NCBI GenBank assembly: GCA_964016885.1
Contig: OZ024754.1
Span: 38,378,001 to 38,442,000, forward strand
Direction: 5' to 3'
DNA from: Eledone cirrhosa
Lineage: Eukaryota
Length of the DNA stretch: 64,000 nucleotides
Shown: positions 1 to 11,680 of the stretch, piece by piece
How the letters are laid out: each line of letters begins with the position of its first letter
Numbering within the stretch: position 1 is the stretch's first letter
Notes under the pieces: model-generated
What the model was told of the DNA's origin: nothing
Databases searched by the model: none
Seen by the model: only the letters and a program-made list of their open reading frames with translations
Position numbers and translations under genes: made by a program

Positions 1-2534
1 GCTTTTTGCCATGTCTTTTACACATCCACTTTACAGTGTGGGCTGGGTGCTTTTTGCCATGTCTTTTGCACATCCACTTTACAGTGTGGGCTGGGTGCTT
101 TTTGCCATGTCTTTTGCACATCCACTTTACAGTGTGGGCTGGGTGCTTTTTGCCATGTCTTTTGCACATCCACTTTACAGTGTGGGCTGGGTGCTTTTTG
201 CCATGTCTTTTGCACATCCACTTTACAGTGTGGGCTGGGTGCTTTTTGCCATGTCTTTTACACATCCACTTTACAGTGTGGGCTGGGTGCTTTTTGCCAT
301 GTCTTTTGCACATCCACTTTACAGTGTGGGCTGGGTGCTTTTTGCCATGTCTTTTACACATCCACTTTACAGTGTGGGCTGGGTGCTTTTTGCCATGTCT
401 TTTACACATCCACTTTACAGTGTGGGCTGGGTGCTTTTTGCCATGTCTTTTGCACATCCACTTTACAGTGTGGGCTGGGTGCTTTTTGCCATGTCTTTTG
501 CACATCCACTTTACAGTGTGGGCTGGGTGCTTTTTGCCATGTCTTTTACACATCCACTTTACAGTGTGGGCTGGGTGCTTTTTGCCATGTCTTTTACACA
601 TCCACTTTACAGTGTGGGCTGGGTGCTTTTTGCCATGTCTTTTGCACATCCACTTTACAGTGTGGGCTGGGTGCTTTTTGCTGCATCTTTTGCACATCCA
701 CTTTACAGTGTGGGCTGGGTGCTTTTTGCTGCATCTTTTGCACATCCACTTTACAGTGTGGGCTGGGTGCTTTTTGCTGCATCTTTTGCACATCCACTTT
801 ACAGTGTGGGCTGGGTGCTTTTTGCTGCATCTTTTGCACATCCACTTTACAGTGTGGGCTGGGTGCTTTTTGCTGCATCTTTTGCACATCCACTTTACAG
901 TGTGGGCTGGGTGCTTTTTGCTGCATCTTTTGCACATCCACTTTACAGTGTGAGCTGGGTGCTTTTTGCTGCATCTTTTGCACATCCACTTTACAGTGTG
1001 GGCTGGGTACTTTTTGCCATGTCTTTTGCACATCCACTTTACAGTGTGGGCTGGGTGCTTTTTGCCATGTCTTTTACACATCCACTTTACAGTGTGGGCT
1101 GGGTGCTTTTTGCCATGTCTTTTACACATCCACTTTACAGTGTGGGCTGGGTGCTTTTTGCTGCATCTTTTGCACATCCACTTTACAGTGTGGGCTGGGT
1201 GCTTTTTGCCATGTCTTTTACACATCCACTTTACAGTGTGGGCTGGGTGCTTTTTGCCATGTCTTTTGCACATCCACTTTACAGTGTGGGCTGGGTGCTT
1301 TTTGCTGCATCTTTTGCACATCCACTTTACAGTGTGGGCTGGGTGCTTTTTGCCATGTCTTTTGCACATCCACTTTACAGTGTGGGCTGGGTGCTTTTTG
1401 CCATGTCTTTTACACATCCACTTTACAGTGTGGGCTGGGTGCTTTTTGCCATGTCTTTTGCACATCCACTTTACAGTGTGGGCTGGGTGCTTTTTGCTGC
1501 ATCTTTTGCACATCCACTTTACAGTGTGGGCTGGGTGCTTTTTGCTGCATCTTTTGCACATCCACTTTACAGTGTGGGCTGGGTGCTTTTTGCTGCATCT
1601 TTTGCACATCCACTTTACAGTGTGGGCTGGGTGCTTTTTGCTGCATCTTTTGCACATCCACTTTACAGTGTGAGCTGGGTGCTTTTTGCCATGTCTTTTA
1701 CACATCCACTTTACAGTGTGGGCTGGGTGCTTTTTGCCATGTCTTTTACACATCCACTTTACAGTGTGGGCTGGGTGCTTTTTGCCATGTCTTTTACACA
1801 TCCACTTTACAGTGTGGGCTGGGTGCTTTTTGCCATGTCTTTTGCACATCCACTTTACAGTGTGGGCTGGGTGCTTTTTGCCATGTCTTTTACACATCCA
1901 CTTTACAGTGTGGGCTGGGTGCTTTTTGCCATGTCTTTTGCACATCCACTTTACAGTGTGGGCTGGGTGCTTTTTGCCATGTCTTTTACACATCCACTTT
2001 ACAGTGTGGGCTGGGTGCTTTTTGCCATGTCTTTTACACATCCACTTTACAGTGTGGGCTGGGTGCTTTTTGCCATGTCTTTTACACATCCACTTTACAG
2101 TGTGGGCTGGGTGCTTTTTGCCATGTCTTTTACACATCCACTTTACAGTGTGGGCTGGGTGCTTTTTGCCATGTCTTTTACACATCCACTTTACAGTGTG
2201 GGCTGGGTGCTTTTTGCCATGTCTTTTACACATCCACTTTACAGTGTGGGCTGGGTGCTTTCTGCCATGTCTTTTGCACATCCACTTTACAGTGTGGGCT
2301 GGGTGCTTTTTGCCATGTCTTTTGCACATCCACTTTACAGTGTGGGCTGGGTGCTTTTTGCCATGTCTTTTGCACATCCACTTTACAGTGTGGGCTGGGT
2401 GCTTTTTGCTGCATCTTTTGCACATCCACTTTACAGTGTGGGCTGGGTGCTTTTTGCTGCATCTTTTGCACATCCACTTTACAGTGTGGGCTGGGTGCTT
2501 TTTGCCATGTCTTTTGCACGTCCACTTTACAGTA
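1..2534. repeat. 48-bp tandem minisatellite (~53 units, truncated by window start)
   Basis: Unit GCTTTTTGCCATGTCTTTT(A/G)CACATCCACTTTACAGTGTGGGCTGGGT with a CTGCAT variant; explains the 16-aa periodic ORFs. Confidence 0.98.
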
Positions 2535-2537
2535 TGG

Positions 2538-2613
2538 AGCAATTACCCCAGTGCATTACTGGTAATTTATTTTATCGACCCTGTAAGGATGAAAGGCAAA
2601 GTTAACCTTGGCC
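2538..2613 (-). mobile_element. Nin/Deu-domain-like SINE (family A) fragment
   Basis: Reverse complement of AAGGTTAACTTTGCCTTTCATCCTTACAGGGTCGATAAAATAAA...CCAGTAATGCACTGGG, seen in many copies in this window. Confidence 0.85.
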
Positions 2614-2924
2614 AATAATAATAATAATAATAATAATGATTTCTTTAACAATCACGAAAGAAAGAAAGCACTAAGTTTGCTTTTGTTGTTGTTGCTGTGT
2701 TTCTTGTTTCTTTTTTTTCCAAGCTATCATGTTTGATAATTGTATTTAGTATAAGAAAAGAAGGAGAAAAAGAAAACGACCAGCAATTCTGTTGAGATGT
2801 TGTAGAATGTAATAATAGCATCTGTTGTTAATGGAGAGAAATAAAGGGAGGAGATGAAACAAAGGAAGCAATAACATCCTTCTTTCCTTCCTTCCTACTG
2901 GTCGTAGATGTAGAGTCATTAGTA

Positions 2925-4518
2925 AACATACAACAACAACAACGACAATAACAACACCAGTAACAACAACAATAACAACACCAGTAAAAACAACAATAAC
3001 AACACCAGTAACAACAACAATAACAACAACAACACCAGTAACAACAACAATAACAATAACAACAACAACATCAATAACAACACGCAATTTGGTTTCCTGT
3101 ACTTTTGTCGAAGGATATCCATTGAAAAGTAATGCTCTCATCATCATCATCAACACCATAGTAGTGGCAGTGGTATGGTGGTGGTGGTGGTGGTGGTAGT
3201 GACTAGTGGTAGTGGTGGTGGTGGTTGTGGTGTTAGTGGCAGTGGTATGGTGGTGGTAGTGACTGTAGTGGTGGTGGTTGTAGTGGCAGTGGTGGTGGTG
3301 GTGATGGTAGTAGTGGCAGTGGTGATGGTGGTGGTTGTAGTGGCAGTGGTGGTGATGGTAGTAGTGGTAGTGGTGATGGTGGTAGTTGTAGTGGCTGTGG
3401 TATGGTGGTGGTGGTTGTAGTGGCAGTGGTGTGGTGGTGGTGGTAGTGACTGTAGTGGTGGTGGTGGTGGTTGTAGTGGCAGTGGTGGTGGTGGTGATGG
3501 TGGGGGTGGGGGTGATGGTGGTGGTTGTAGTGGCAGTGGTGGTGGTGGTGATGGTAGTAGTGGTAGTGGTGATGGTGGTAGTTGTAGTGGCTGTGGTATG
3601 GTGGTGGTGATGGTAGTAGTGGCAGTGGTGGAGGTGGTGATGGTGGTAGTTGTAGTAGCTGTGGTGGTGGTGGTGGTGGTGGTGGTTGTGGTGTTAGTGG
3701 TATGGTGGTGGTAGTGACTGTAGTGGTGGTGGTTGTAGTGGCAGTGGTGGTGGTGGTGATGGTAGTAGTGGCAGTGGTGGGGGTGGTAGTGGCTGTGGTG
3801 GTGATGGTGGTAGTTGTAGTGGCTGTGGTGGTGTTAGTGGCAGTGGTGGTGGTGTTAGTGGTGGTGGTGGTGGTGGTGGTGGTTGTGGTGTTAGTGGTAT
3901 GGTGGTGGTAGTGACTGTAGTGGTGGTTGTTGTAGTGGCAGTGGTGGTGGTGGTGATGGTAGTAGTGGCAGTGGTGGGGGTGGTAGTGGCTGTGGTGGTG
4001 ATGGTGGTAGTTGTAGTGGCTGTGGTATGGTGGTAGTAGTGGTGGTGGCAGTGGTGTGGTGGTGGTGCAGCAGTCATAACGATTTTGTTTTGCTGTTGTT
4101 TTTATTCCAGATTTTAAAAATCTTCCTTTGCCTATATTTACTTTCTACCTTACATAATTATATTCCACCTTTCACTGTACCAATGTAACATTCACGTCTG
4201 GCTCTGGCTAAAAAACAGACACTAAACAACAACAACTACCACCACCACCACTACCACCACCTCCACCACTACCATCACCACTACCATCACCACCACTACC
4301 ACCACCACCACCACCACCACCACCACGTTTGCGCACACATACACTCACATACACTGACACACACATACGCACACCCACACTCACATTCACACACATATAC
4401 TCATACACATACACACACACACACATTCACATACTCACACACACATACACTCACATACACACACCCACACTCACATATATACACTCACACACACACACTC
4501 ACATACTCCCATACACTC

Positions 4519-4549
<31 letters not shown>

Positions 4550-4550
4550 G
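2925..4550. repeat. Compound microsatellites (AAC)n, (GGT)n, (ACC)n, (CA)n, (TA)n
   Basis: Direct inspection. Confidence 0.95.
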
Positions 4551-4595
4551 ATAAACGAAATCAAAGAACGCCTATACACTCAAACAATCTTTATT

Positions 4596-4642
4596 CGCTG
4601 ACAATGTTTCATCCATACCGTGGGGCAGGAATCATCAGAGCG
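4596..4642 (-). ncRNA. Minimal type I hammerhead ribozyme motif
   Basis: Minus strand: CGCT-CTGATGA-TTCCTGCCCCACGGTATGGAT (stem II)-GAAAC-ATT-GTC-AGCG, then AATAAA. Stem I is CGCT/AGCG and the triplet is GUC. Confidence 0.75.
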
Positions 4643-5093
4643 TTATAAACAAAAATATAGTGTTGAATATAAGCTCTACCAAGCTTAGTCACCAGAACAG
4701 TAGAGATACAGTACAGTACAGAATGTGTAATGTACAGTACATTACACATTCTCTCCATCCTTCTCATCTCTAATCGAGAAGGATGGAGAGAATGTGTAAT
4801 GGGGTTGTTAGTCAACATTATAGCAAAATATACAAGCAGATTTTCTCACAAGAAACTGAGGCATGTAGAGGTACACAAAGGCAATTAAAAGCAATTAAAG
4901 ATAATTAAAAGATAATTAAAAAAAGAGAGAAAAAGAAATTGAGGCATGTGAAGGCACAACAAAAGAAGGTATGCATTGGTCAATATAGAAGACGGGATAA
5001 TACAGAGTGTCCCCAAAAATGTATACACACTTCAACAGCATTCTAATAATAATGTCTATATATTTTTTCGGGACTATATATATATATATATAT

Positions 5094-5298
5094 AACGGAA
5101 GAAAAGTGGTAAGGAACCAGGTGGACCATAACGCACCAAAGTACTCAATACTTAGGGTAGTAGAGTGGGTAATAGGAACGAGTAGGACCCCGACGGCTGA
5201 GCTCAAGCCGTTTTGACGGCTAATTCTGGACATTATTAGTCCAGAATTAGCCGTCGAAACGGCTTGAGCTCAGCAATCGGGGTCCTACTCGTTCCTAT
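5094..5298 (-). mobile_element. (TA)n-embedded fold-back element (PLE-like non-autonomous family) with 60-bp-arm palindrome 5172-5298
   Basis: Arms 5172-5231 and 5239-5298. Related copies at 8817-8948, 27755-27812, 41392-41485 and 51097-51298. Confidence 0.75.
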
Positions 5299-5509
5299 AT
5301 ATATATTTTTTTTTAGATCTTCTTTTCCTCTATTTGCTTACTACCCTTGGTAATCCCAATCCACCCACGCCCCACCCTGCAGCAGACCACCCCACCTTGT
5401 ATTGTACATATGTAACATTCATTACAGACATAACAGGTCCTCAAATTTCTGGGATGTTGCCAGCCAACCATTCAGCTCTCATCCACTCTTACTTTTTACC
5501 AGCATCTCC

Positions 5510-6451
5510 TCTCACCACCACCACCACCACCACCACTACCATCACCAGCATCACCACCATCCCCCCACCACCACCGCCACCGACACCATCACCACCACTG
5601 CAACCATCAACACTACCACCATCACCACTACCACCACCATCACCATTTCCACCACTACCATCACTACCACCATCACCACTACTACCATCACCAGCATCAC
5701 CCCCCCCCCACCACCACTACTGCCATCACTAGCACCACCGCCACCGACACCATCACCACTACCATCACCATCACTGCAACCATCAACACTACCACCATCA
5801 ACACTACCACCATCAACACTACAACCAGCATCACCACTACCATCACCATCACCATTTCCACCACTACCATCATTACCACCATCACCACCACTACCATTAC
5901 CATCACCACTAACACTACCGCCACCGCTACCACTACCACCACCGCCATCACCACCACTACCACCACCACTACCGCTCCCGCCATCACCACCACTACCGCC
6001 ACCACCACCACAACCGCCAACACCACCATCACCACCACTACCACTACCACCACCGCCATCACCACCACTACCACCACCACTACCGCTGCCACCACCACTG
6101 CCGCCACCACCACCACAACCGCCAACACCACCATCACCACCACTACCACTACCACCACCGCCATCACCACCACTACCACCACCACTACCGCTGCCACCAC
6201 CACTGCCGCCATCACCACCACTACCGCCACCACCACCAACACCACCATCACCACTCCCATCACCACTACTACCACTACTGCTGCCACCACCACTACCGCC
6301 ACCATCACCCCCCCCCTCCTCGTGAACAATCAGAGATGTTTCATAACTCTGCAACTCAGTTCGAACATTTCAAAAGATCTCTGTCAAAATTCTTTTTTTT
6401 GCACACAAATACACACACACACTTACACATACACACTCACACACACACACT

Positions 6452-6486
<35 letters not shown>

Positions 6487-6531
6487 TCACATACACACAC
6501 ACACTTACACATACACACTCACACACACACA

Positions 6532-6570
<39 letters not shown>

Positions 6571-7181
6571 TCACATACACACACACACTTACACATACAC
6601 ACTCACACACACACACTCACACACACACACACAAATACACACACACACTTACACATACACACTCACACACACATACACTCACATACACACAAATACACAC
6701 ACACACTTACGCATACACACTCACACACACACATACATATACACTTACACCTGCTCTCCTGCTCTCTCTCTCTCTCTCTCTCTCTCTCTAGAGAGAGATA
6801 GGGTTGTCTCTTTTCGGTCTCTCTCCCCGCCCTTGCTCTTCTTCTATCACTTCCTTTTCTCCCTCTCCCTCCCCCTCTCTCTCCTTCTCCCCGCCCTCCA
6901 CATTTTCAATCACTTCCTTCCCCCCCCCCCTCTCGTGCTCTCTCTCCCCCTCTCTTTCTCCCTCCCTCACTATCTTCTGAGGAGGTTTCTCTCTCTCCTT
7001 GTCTCTCTCCTTCTCCTTCATTTCTCCCCTGTCTCTCTATCCCCCCCCCGCTCTCCTCTCCTCCTCTCCCCCCTCTCTAACTCACTCAAACTCTCTCTCC
7101 TCCTCACTTATTCTGCAGCTTTTCTACAATACACTTTCTCACAAACTACAAACATTCTGTTTTCTTTTTTTGTATTCATTG

Positions 7182-7243
<62 letters not shown>
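5510..7243. repeat. (ACC)n, (CA)n, CT-rich and (TA)n simple repeats
   Basis: Direct inspection; source of the Pro/Gly/His-Thr-rich spurious ORFs. Confidence 0.95.
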
Positions 7244-7246
<3 letters not shown>

Positions 7247-7345
7247 AATATAGACATAGAATATTCGAAAATATTCTGTATGTTTATAATAAACATTTTG
7301 AAGACCTCTATATTCACATATATATCGCTATTTCAGAGCATTTAT

Positions 7346-7384
<39 letters not shown>

Positions 7385-7386
<2 letters not shown>

Positions 7387-8312
7387 ATCTCTGGGAGGGC
7401 CCTGTAGAAACAGTAGACAGCTTCTGCTACCTAGGTGACCGAATTAGCAACGGAGGTGGGTGCTCAGAAAGTACAATAACTAGGGTAAGAACGGGATGGA
7501 AGAAGTTTAGGGAACTACTACCACTGCTAGCTGCAAAAGGCTTCTCCCTCAGAATGAAAGGCAGACTGTATGATGCGTGTATCCGAACAGCGATGTTGCA
7601 TGGTAGTGAGACCTGGGCGCTGAAGGTGGAAGACTTACGTAGATTAGAGAGAAACGAAGCCTGCATGCTCCGATGGATGTGTAACAGTAATATACGTGAA
7701 CGACAAAGCATAAAGGAATTGAGAGAGAGACTGAGCATAAGAGGAATCAAATGCTGCGTGCAGGAGAGGCGGTTACGCTGGTATGGACATGTGATGCGTA
7801 TGAAGGATGACAGCTGCATAAAAAGGTGCAGAGCACTAGAAGTTGATGGAAACCGCGGAGTGGGGAGACCCAAGATGACTTGGGATGAGGTGATAAAAGC
7901 CGACCTTACCCAACTACACCTCTCAAAGTCAATGACACACGACCGTGACTTCTGGCGTCACGCAGTAATACAGGGTACCCGACCTCCCATGGGTACATGC
8001 TGAAGCATATAAACAATATGCCCCCCCCCCCCCCCCCCCCACCGCAAGGTGGTCGTGGAGGTGCCACGGCAAAAAAGCACCCAGCCCACACTGTAAAGTG
8101 GACGTGTAGGCGCCACGAAAAAGCACCCAGCACTCACTGTAAATGAGGTTGGTGTTAGGAAGGGCATCCAGCTGTAGAAATCAAGCCAGATCAGTTCCTG
8201 TATGAGCAAGGCATGGTCAGCCGACCAGACACTGCCCACAACAGGACAACCCGTCTAACCCATGCTAGCGTGGAAGAACGGACGTAAAACGGTGATGATG
8301 ATGATGATGATG
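7385..8312 (+). mobile_element. RTE-clade LINE, 5'-truncated copy (ORF C-terminus, 3' UTR, (GAT)n tail)
   Basis: VDSFCYLGD...MLHGSETWAL...RRLRWYGHVMRM...GRPKMTW motifs of the RTE ORF end; near-identical to 9375-10301. Confidence 0.93.
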
Positions 8313-8319
8313 ACACACA

Positions 8320-8462
8320 TAGGTTAACATATGTTGATGCCCTAAGGACAGACACTGGTCTGTTGGAGACGCAGGATATGGCAGCGATAATGAGGGACAG
8401 AGACCGCTGGAGAGAATTCGTCCATGGATCTCGGGAATTTTACCCGCCTTAGATAGATAGAT
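8320..8462 (+). mobile_element. 3' end of a second RTE-type LINE with (TAGA)n tail
   Basis: Translates RLTYVDALRTDTGL...MAAIMRDRDRWREFV*, typical of an RTE C-terminus. Confidence 0.65.
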
Positions 8463-8466
8463 ATAC

Positions 8467-8547
<81 letters not shown>

Positions 8548-8600
8548 TATATATATATATAATATATAAGAACAAAAGATGGTTAAAAGAGTTCCATGTA

Positions 8601-8667
8601 TTTTATTATGCGCATTTCAAAAACAAATATCATCATGCAATAATATTTGTGTTTTCATCAGATAAAA
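8601..8667 (-). ncRNA. Minimal type I hammerhead ribozyme motif
   Basis: Minus strand: TTTTAT-CTGATGA-AAACACAAATATTA..TGATATTTGTTTTT-GAAA-TGCGCA-TA-ATAAAA; palindromic stem-III segment; flanked by (TA)n. Confidence 0.75.
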
Positions 8668-8704
8668 CAGGAAGACATGATATGAAGGTTATATATATAT
8701 ATAC

Positions 8705-8737
<33 letters not shown>

Positions 8738-8765
8738 CATATATATATATCTACATATATATATC

Positions 8766-8819
<54 letters not shown>

Positions 8820-9022
8820 GAAGAAAGTGTGGTGAGGAACCAGATGGACCATAATGCAACAGAGTACTCAATACTTAGGGTAGTAGAGTGGGTAATAGGA
8901 AAATGTTTGACCCCGAAGGCAGAGCTCAAGCCGTTTCGACGGCTATTTGTTGTTTATATACATACACACACATATATATAAATACACACATACATATAGA
9001 CATATACATATATGTATGTGTA

Positions 9023-9081
<59 letters not shown>

Positions 9082-9083
<2 letters not shown>

Positions 9084-10301
9084 ATTCCAAACCTGGAAGC
9101 AGGGACTAGAGAGAAAGGGCCTCAAAGTCAACATGACAAAGACTAAGGTCCTTGTAAGTAGACGAGAAAACAGAACCCAGATCCCCTCAGGGAAATGGCC
9201 TTGCTCAGTATGTAGGAAAGGTGTAGGTAGGAACTCCATTCTCTGCCCCAAATGCAAACAATGGGTACACAAGAGATGTAGCGGGATCTCAGGAAGCTTA
9301 ATTAAGAATGTAGGATTCACATGCAGCAGCTGTGCTGAAACAGCAAGCAAACAGCCACAGGAAACAAGTACCACCAATCTCTGGGAGGGCCCTGTAGAAA
9401 CAGTAGACAGCTTCTGCTACCTAGGTGACCGAATTAGCAACGGAGGTGGGTGCTCAGAAAGTACAATAACTAGGGTAAGAACGGGATGGAAGAAGTTTAG
9501 GGAACTACTACCACTGCTAGCTGCAAAAGGCTTCTCCCTCAGAATGAAAGGCAGACTGTATGATGCGTGTATCCGAACAGCGATGTTGCATGGTAGTGAG
9601 ACCTGGGCGCTGAAGGTGGAAGACTTACGTAGATTAGAGAGAAACGAAGCCTGCATGCTCCGATGGATGTGTAACAGTAATATACGTGAACGACAAAGCA
9701 TAAAGGAATTGAGAGAGAGACTGAGCATAAGAGGAATCAAATGCTGCGTGCAGGAGAGGCGGTTACGCTGGTATGGACATGTGATGCGTATGAAGGATGA
9801 CAGCTGCATAAAAAGGTGCAGAGCACTAGAAGTTGATGGAAACCGCGGAGTGGGGAGACCCAAGATGACTTGGGATGAGGTGATAAAAGCCGACCTTACC
9901 CAACTACACCTCTCAAAGTCAATGACACACGACCGTGACTTCTGGCGTCACGCAGTAATACAGGGTACCCGACCTCCCATGGGTACATGCTGAAGCATAT
10001 AAACAATATGCCCCCCCCCCCCCCCCCCCCACCGCAAGGTGGCCGTGGAGGTGCCACGGCAAAAAAGCACCCAGCCCACACTGTAAAGTGGACGTGTAGG
10101 CGCCACGAAAAAGCACCCAGCACTCACTGTAAATGAGGTTGGTGTTAGGAAGGGCATCCAGCTGTAGAAATCAAGCCAGATCAGTTCCTGTATGAGCAAG
10201 GCATGGTCAGCCGACCAGACACTGCCCACAACAGGACAACCCGTCTAACCCATGCTAGCGTGGAAGAACGGACGTAAAACGGTGATGATGATGATGATGA
10301 T
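9082..10301 (+). mobile_element. RTE-clade LINE, 5'-truncated, open ORF 9082-9993 (end of RT, Cys-rich finger, C-terminus) plus 3' UTR and (GAT)n tail
   Basis: [19 protein letters not shown] (RT end), WPCSVCRK...CPKCKQWVHKRC...CSSC finger, FCYLG, RLRWYGHV; no stops over ~300 codons; flanked by (TA)n. Confidence 0.95.
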
Positions 10302-10394
10302 ATATATATATATATTTATTTTAGAAAAGGAGAAAGTAACAAAAGTCTTTCATTTTCTTTTGAGCAAATAATAAAATTGTTACTATTTATTTTA

Positions 10395-10446
<52 letters not shown>

Positions 10447-10464
10447 TCCTTTTTCATTATCATT

Positions 10465-10780
10465 ATGGTAGAATCGGTAGAGGGTTGGACGCCATGCTTT
10501 GACGCATAGAGTTATGGCCCTTGCCATTCTGAGTTCAAATCCTGCCGAGGTTAACTTTGCCTTTCATCCTTACGGGGTCGATAAAATAAAGTACCAGTAA
10601 TGCACTGGGGTAATTGCTGGCCTTGTGCCAAAAGTAGAAACAGTTATTATTATTGTTCAAATCTTGCCATTCATCCTTACTGGGTCGATAAAATATAATA
10701 CTAGTAATACACTGGGGTCTATTTAATTAACTTACCCCTCCCCCCAAAAATCGTTGTCCTTGTGTTGAAATCAGAAACCA
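10465..10780 (+). mobile_element. SINE family A (tRNA-like head plus Nin/Deu-like domain) with partial tandem copy
   Basis: A-box-like TGG(C/T)AG..TCGG, B-box GAGTTCAAATCC, GCCTTTCATCCTTACGGGGTCGATAAAATAAAGTACCAG, (ATT)n tail. Confidence 0.88.
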
Positions 10781-10870
10781 TTTACATGCAAAACACATGC
10801 CCCAACACACACACACACATTCGTCCTGTACTGTCATAATGTTTTTCTTGATGTAAACCCTTTGTGGTTA

Positions 10871-11085
10871 GGTGGTGGATTAGCAGTATCGGTAAAGCAT
10901 CAGTCACCATGCTTTGTAGCGTAGAGTTGTGGCCCTTTACGTTCTGAGTTCAAATCCCACTGAAGTTAACTTTGCCTTTCATCCTTTACGAGGTCGATGA
11001 AATAAAGCACCAGTAATGCACTGGGGGAATTGCTGGCCGTGTGCCAAAAGTAGAAACATTAATATTATTATTATTATTATTATTG
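10871..11085 (+). mobile_element. SINE family A, full length
   Basis: Same motifs as other family A copies; (TTA)n tail. Confidence 0.88.
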
Positions 11086-11429
11086 ATTAACACTAAAGAA
11101 ACTATGCTCATTTGAGCTCCCATATGTTTCGTGATTTCCTCTGTTTTGGGTGATCGTTCAAATATGTATTAGTTGATATGATTGTAAAGACGCCAACTTG
11201 ATGAGAATAGGAGTGGTTTTCATTACCAAAACAACACCCCTTCCTCTGCAGGTGTGGTTCTTATTTCCCATATATCTCTCCTCTTCCCACTTCCAGCCTT
11301 GTAGGTGTGGTTCGCATTTCAGAAACATTTCCCATCCTCCGCCTTACATGCATGCTTCTTATTTCTTAAATATTTCCCCACCTCCCTTGCAGGCATGATT
11401 TGCATTTCCAAAACAACACTCTTCGTTTG

Positions 11430-11680
11430 GTTAGTGGATGGGAGTAGCATAAGTTGTCCACAACATTTGTTAGTTGGCTAGGTACAAAACAGCTGCAGGG
11501 CAGGAAGGCGGCAGCTGAAGACAAACATCAAAGAAGAAAGCCGTCCGCCACCCAGCCACCAACTGACCAAATATACACTTGCCTCAACTGTACCAGAGAC
11601 TGCGTGTCCAGGATTAGCCTCTACTTCCTCTGCATGAAACAGGACAACAATTATTCCCCACCGATCTTCGCAAGCGAAGA
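11430..11680 (+). mobile_element. Degenerate RTE (BovB-like) LINE 3' end
   Basis: EDKHQRRK...YTCLNCTRDCVSRISL resembles the terminal CxxCxRxCxSRIGL finger of BovB-like elements. Confidence 0.6.

Noticed and set aside
11-2605. 864-aa ORF and other 16-aa periodic ORFs
   Set aside because: A 48-bp unit without stops gives open frames automatically, and the unit derives from a LINE UTR
2750-2810. Possible upstream IFT43 exon (basic KKRRRKRK run after TTTAG)
   Set aside because: No convincing donor or similarity; purine-rich low complexity. Upstream IFT43 exons were not identified in the window
5402-6354. Pro-rich and Gly-rich ORFs (extensin- or formin-like)
   Set aside because: Degenerate (ACC)n microsatellite, open in several frames on both strands
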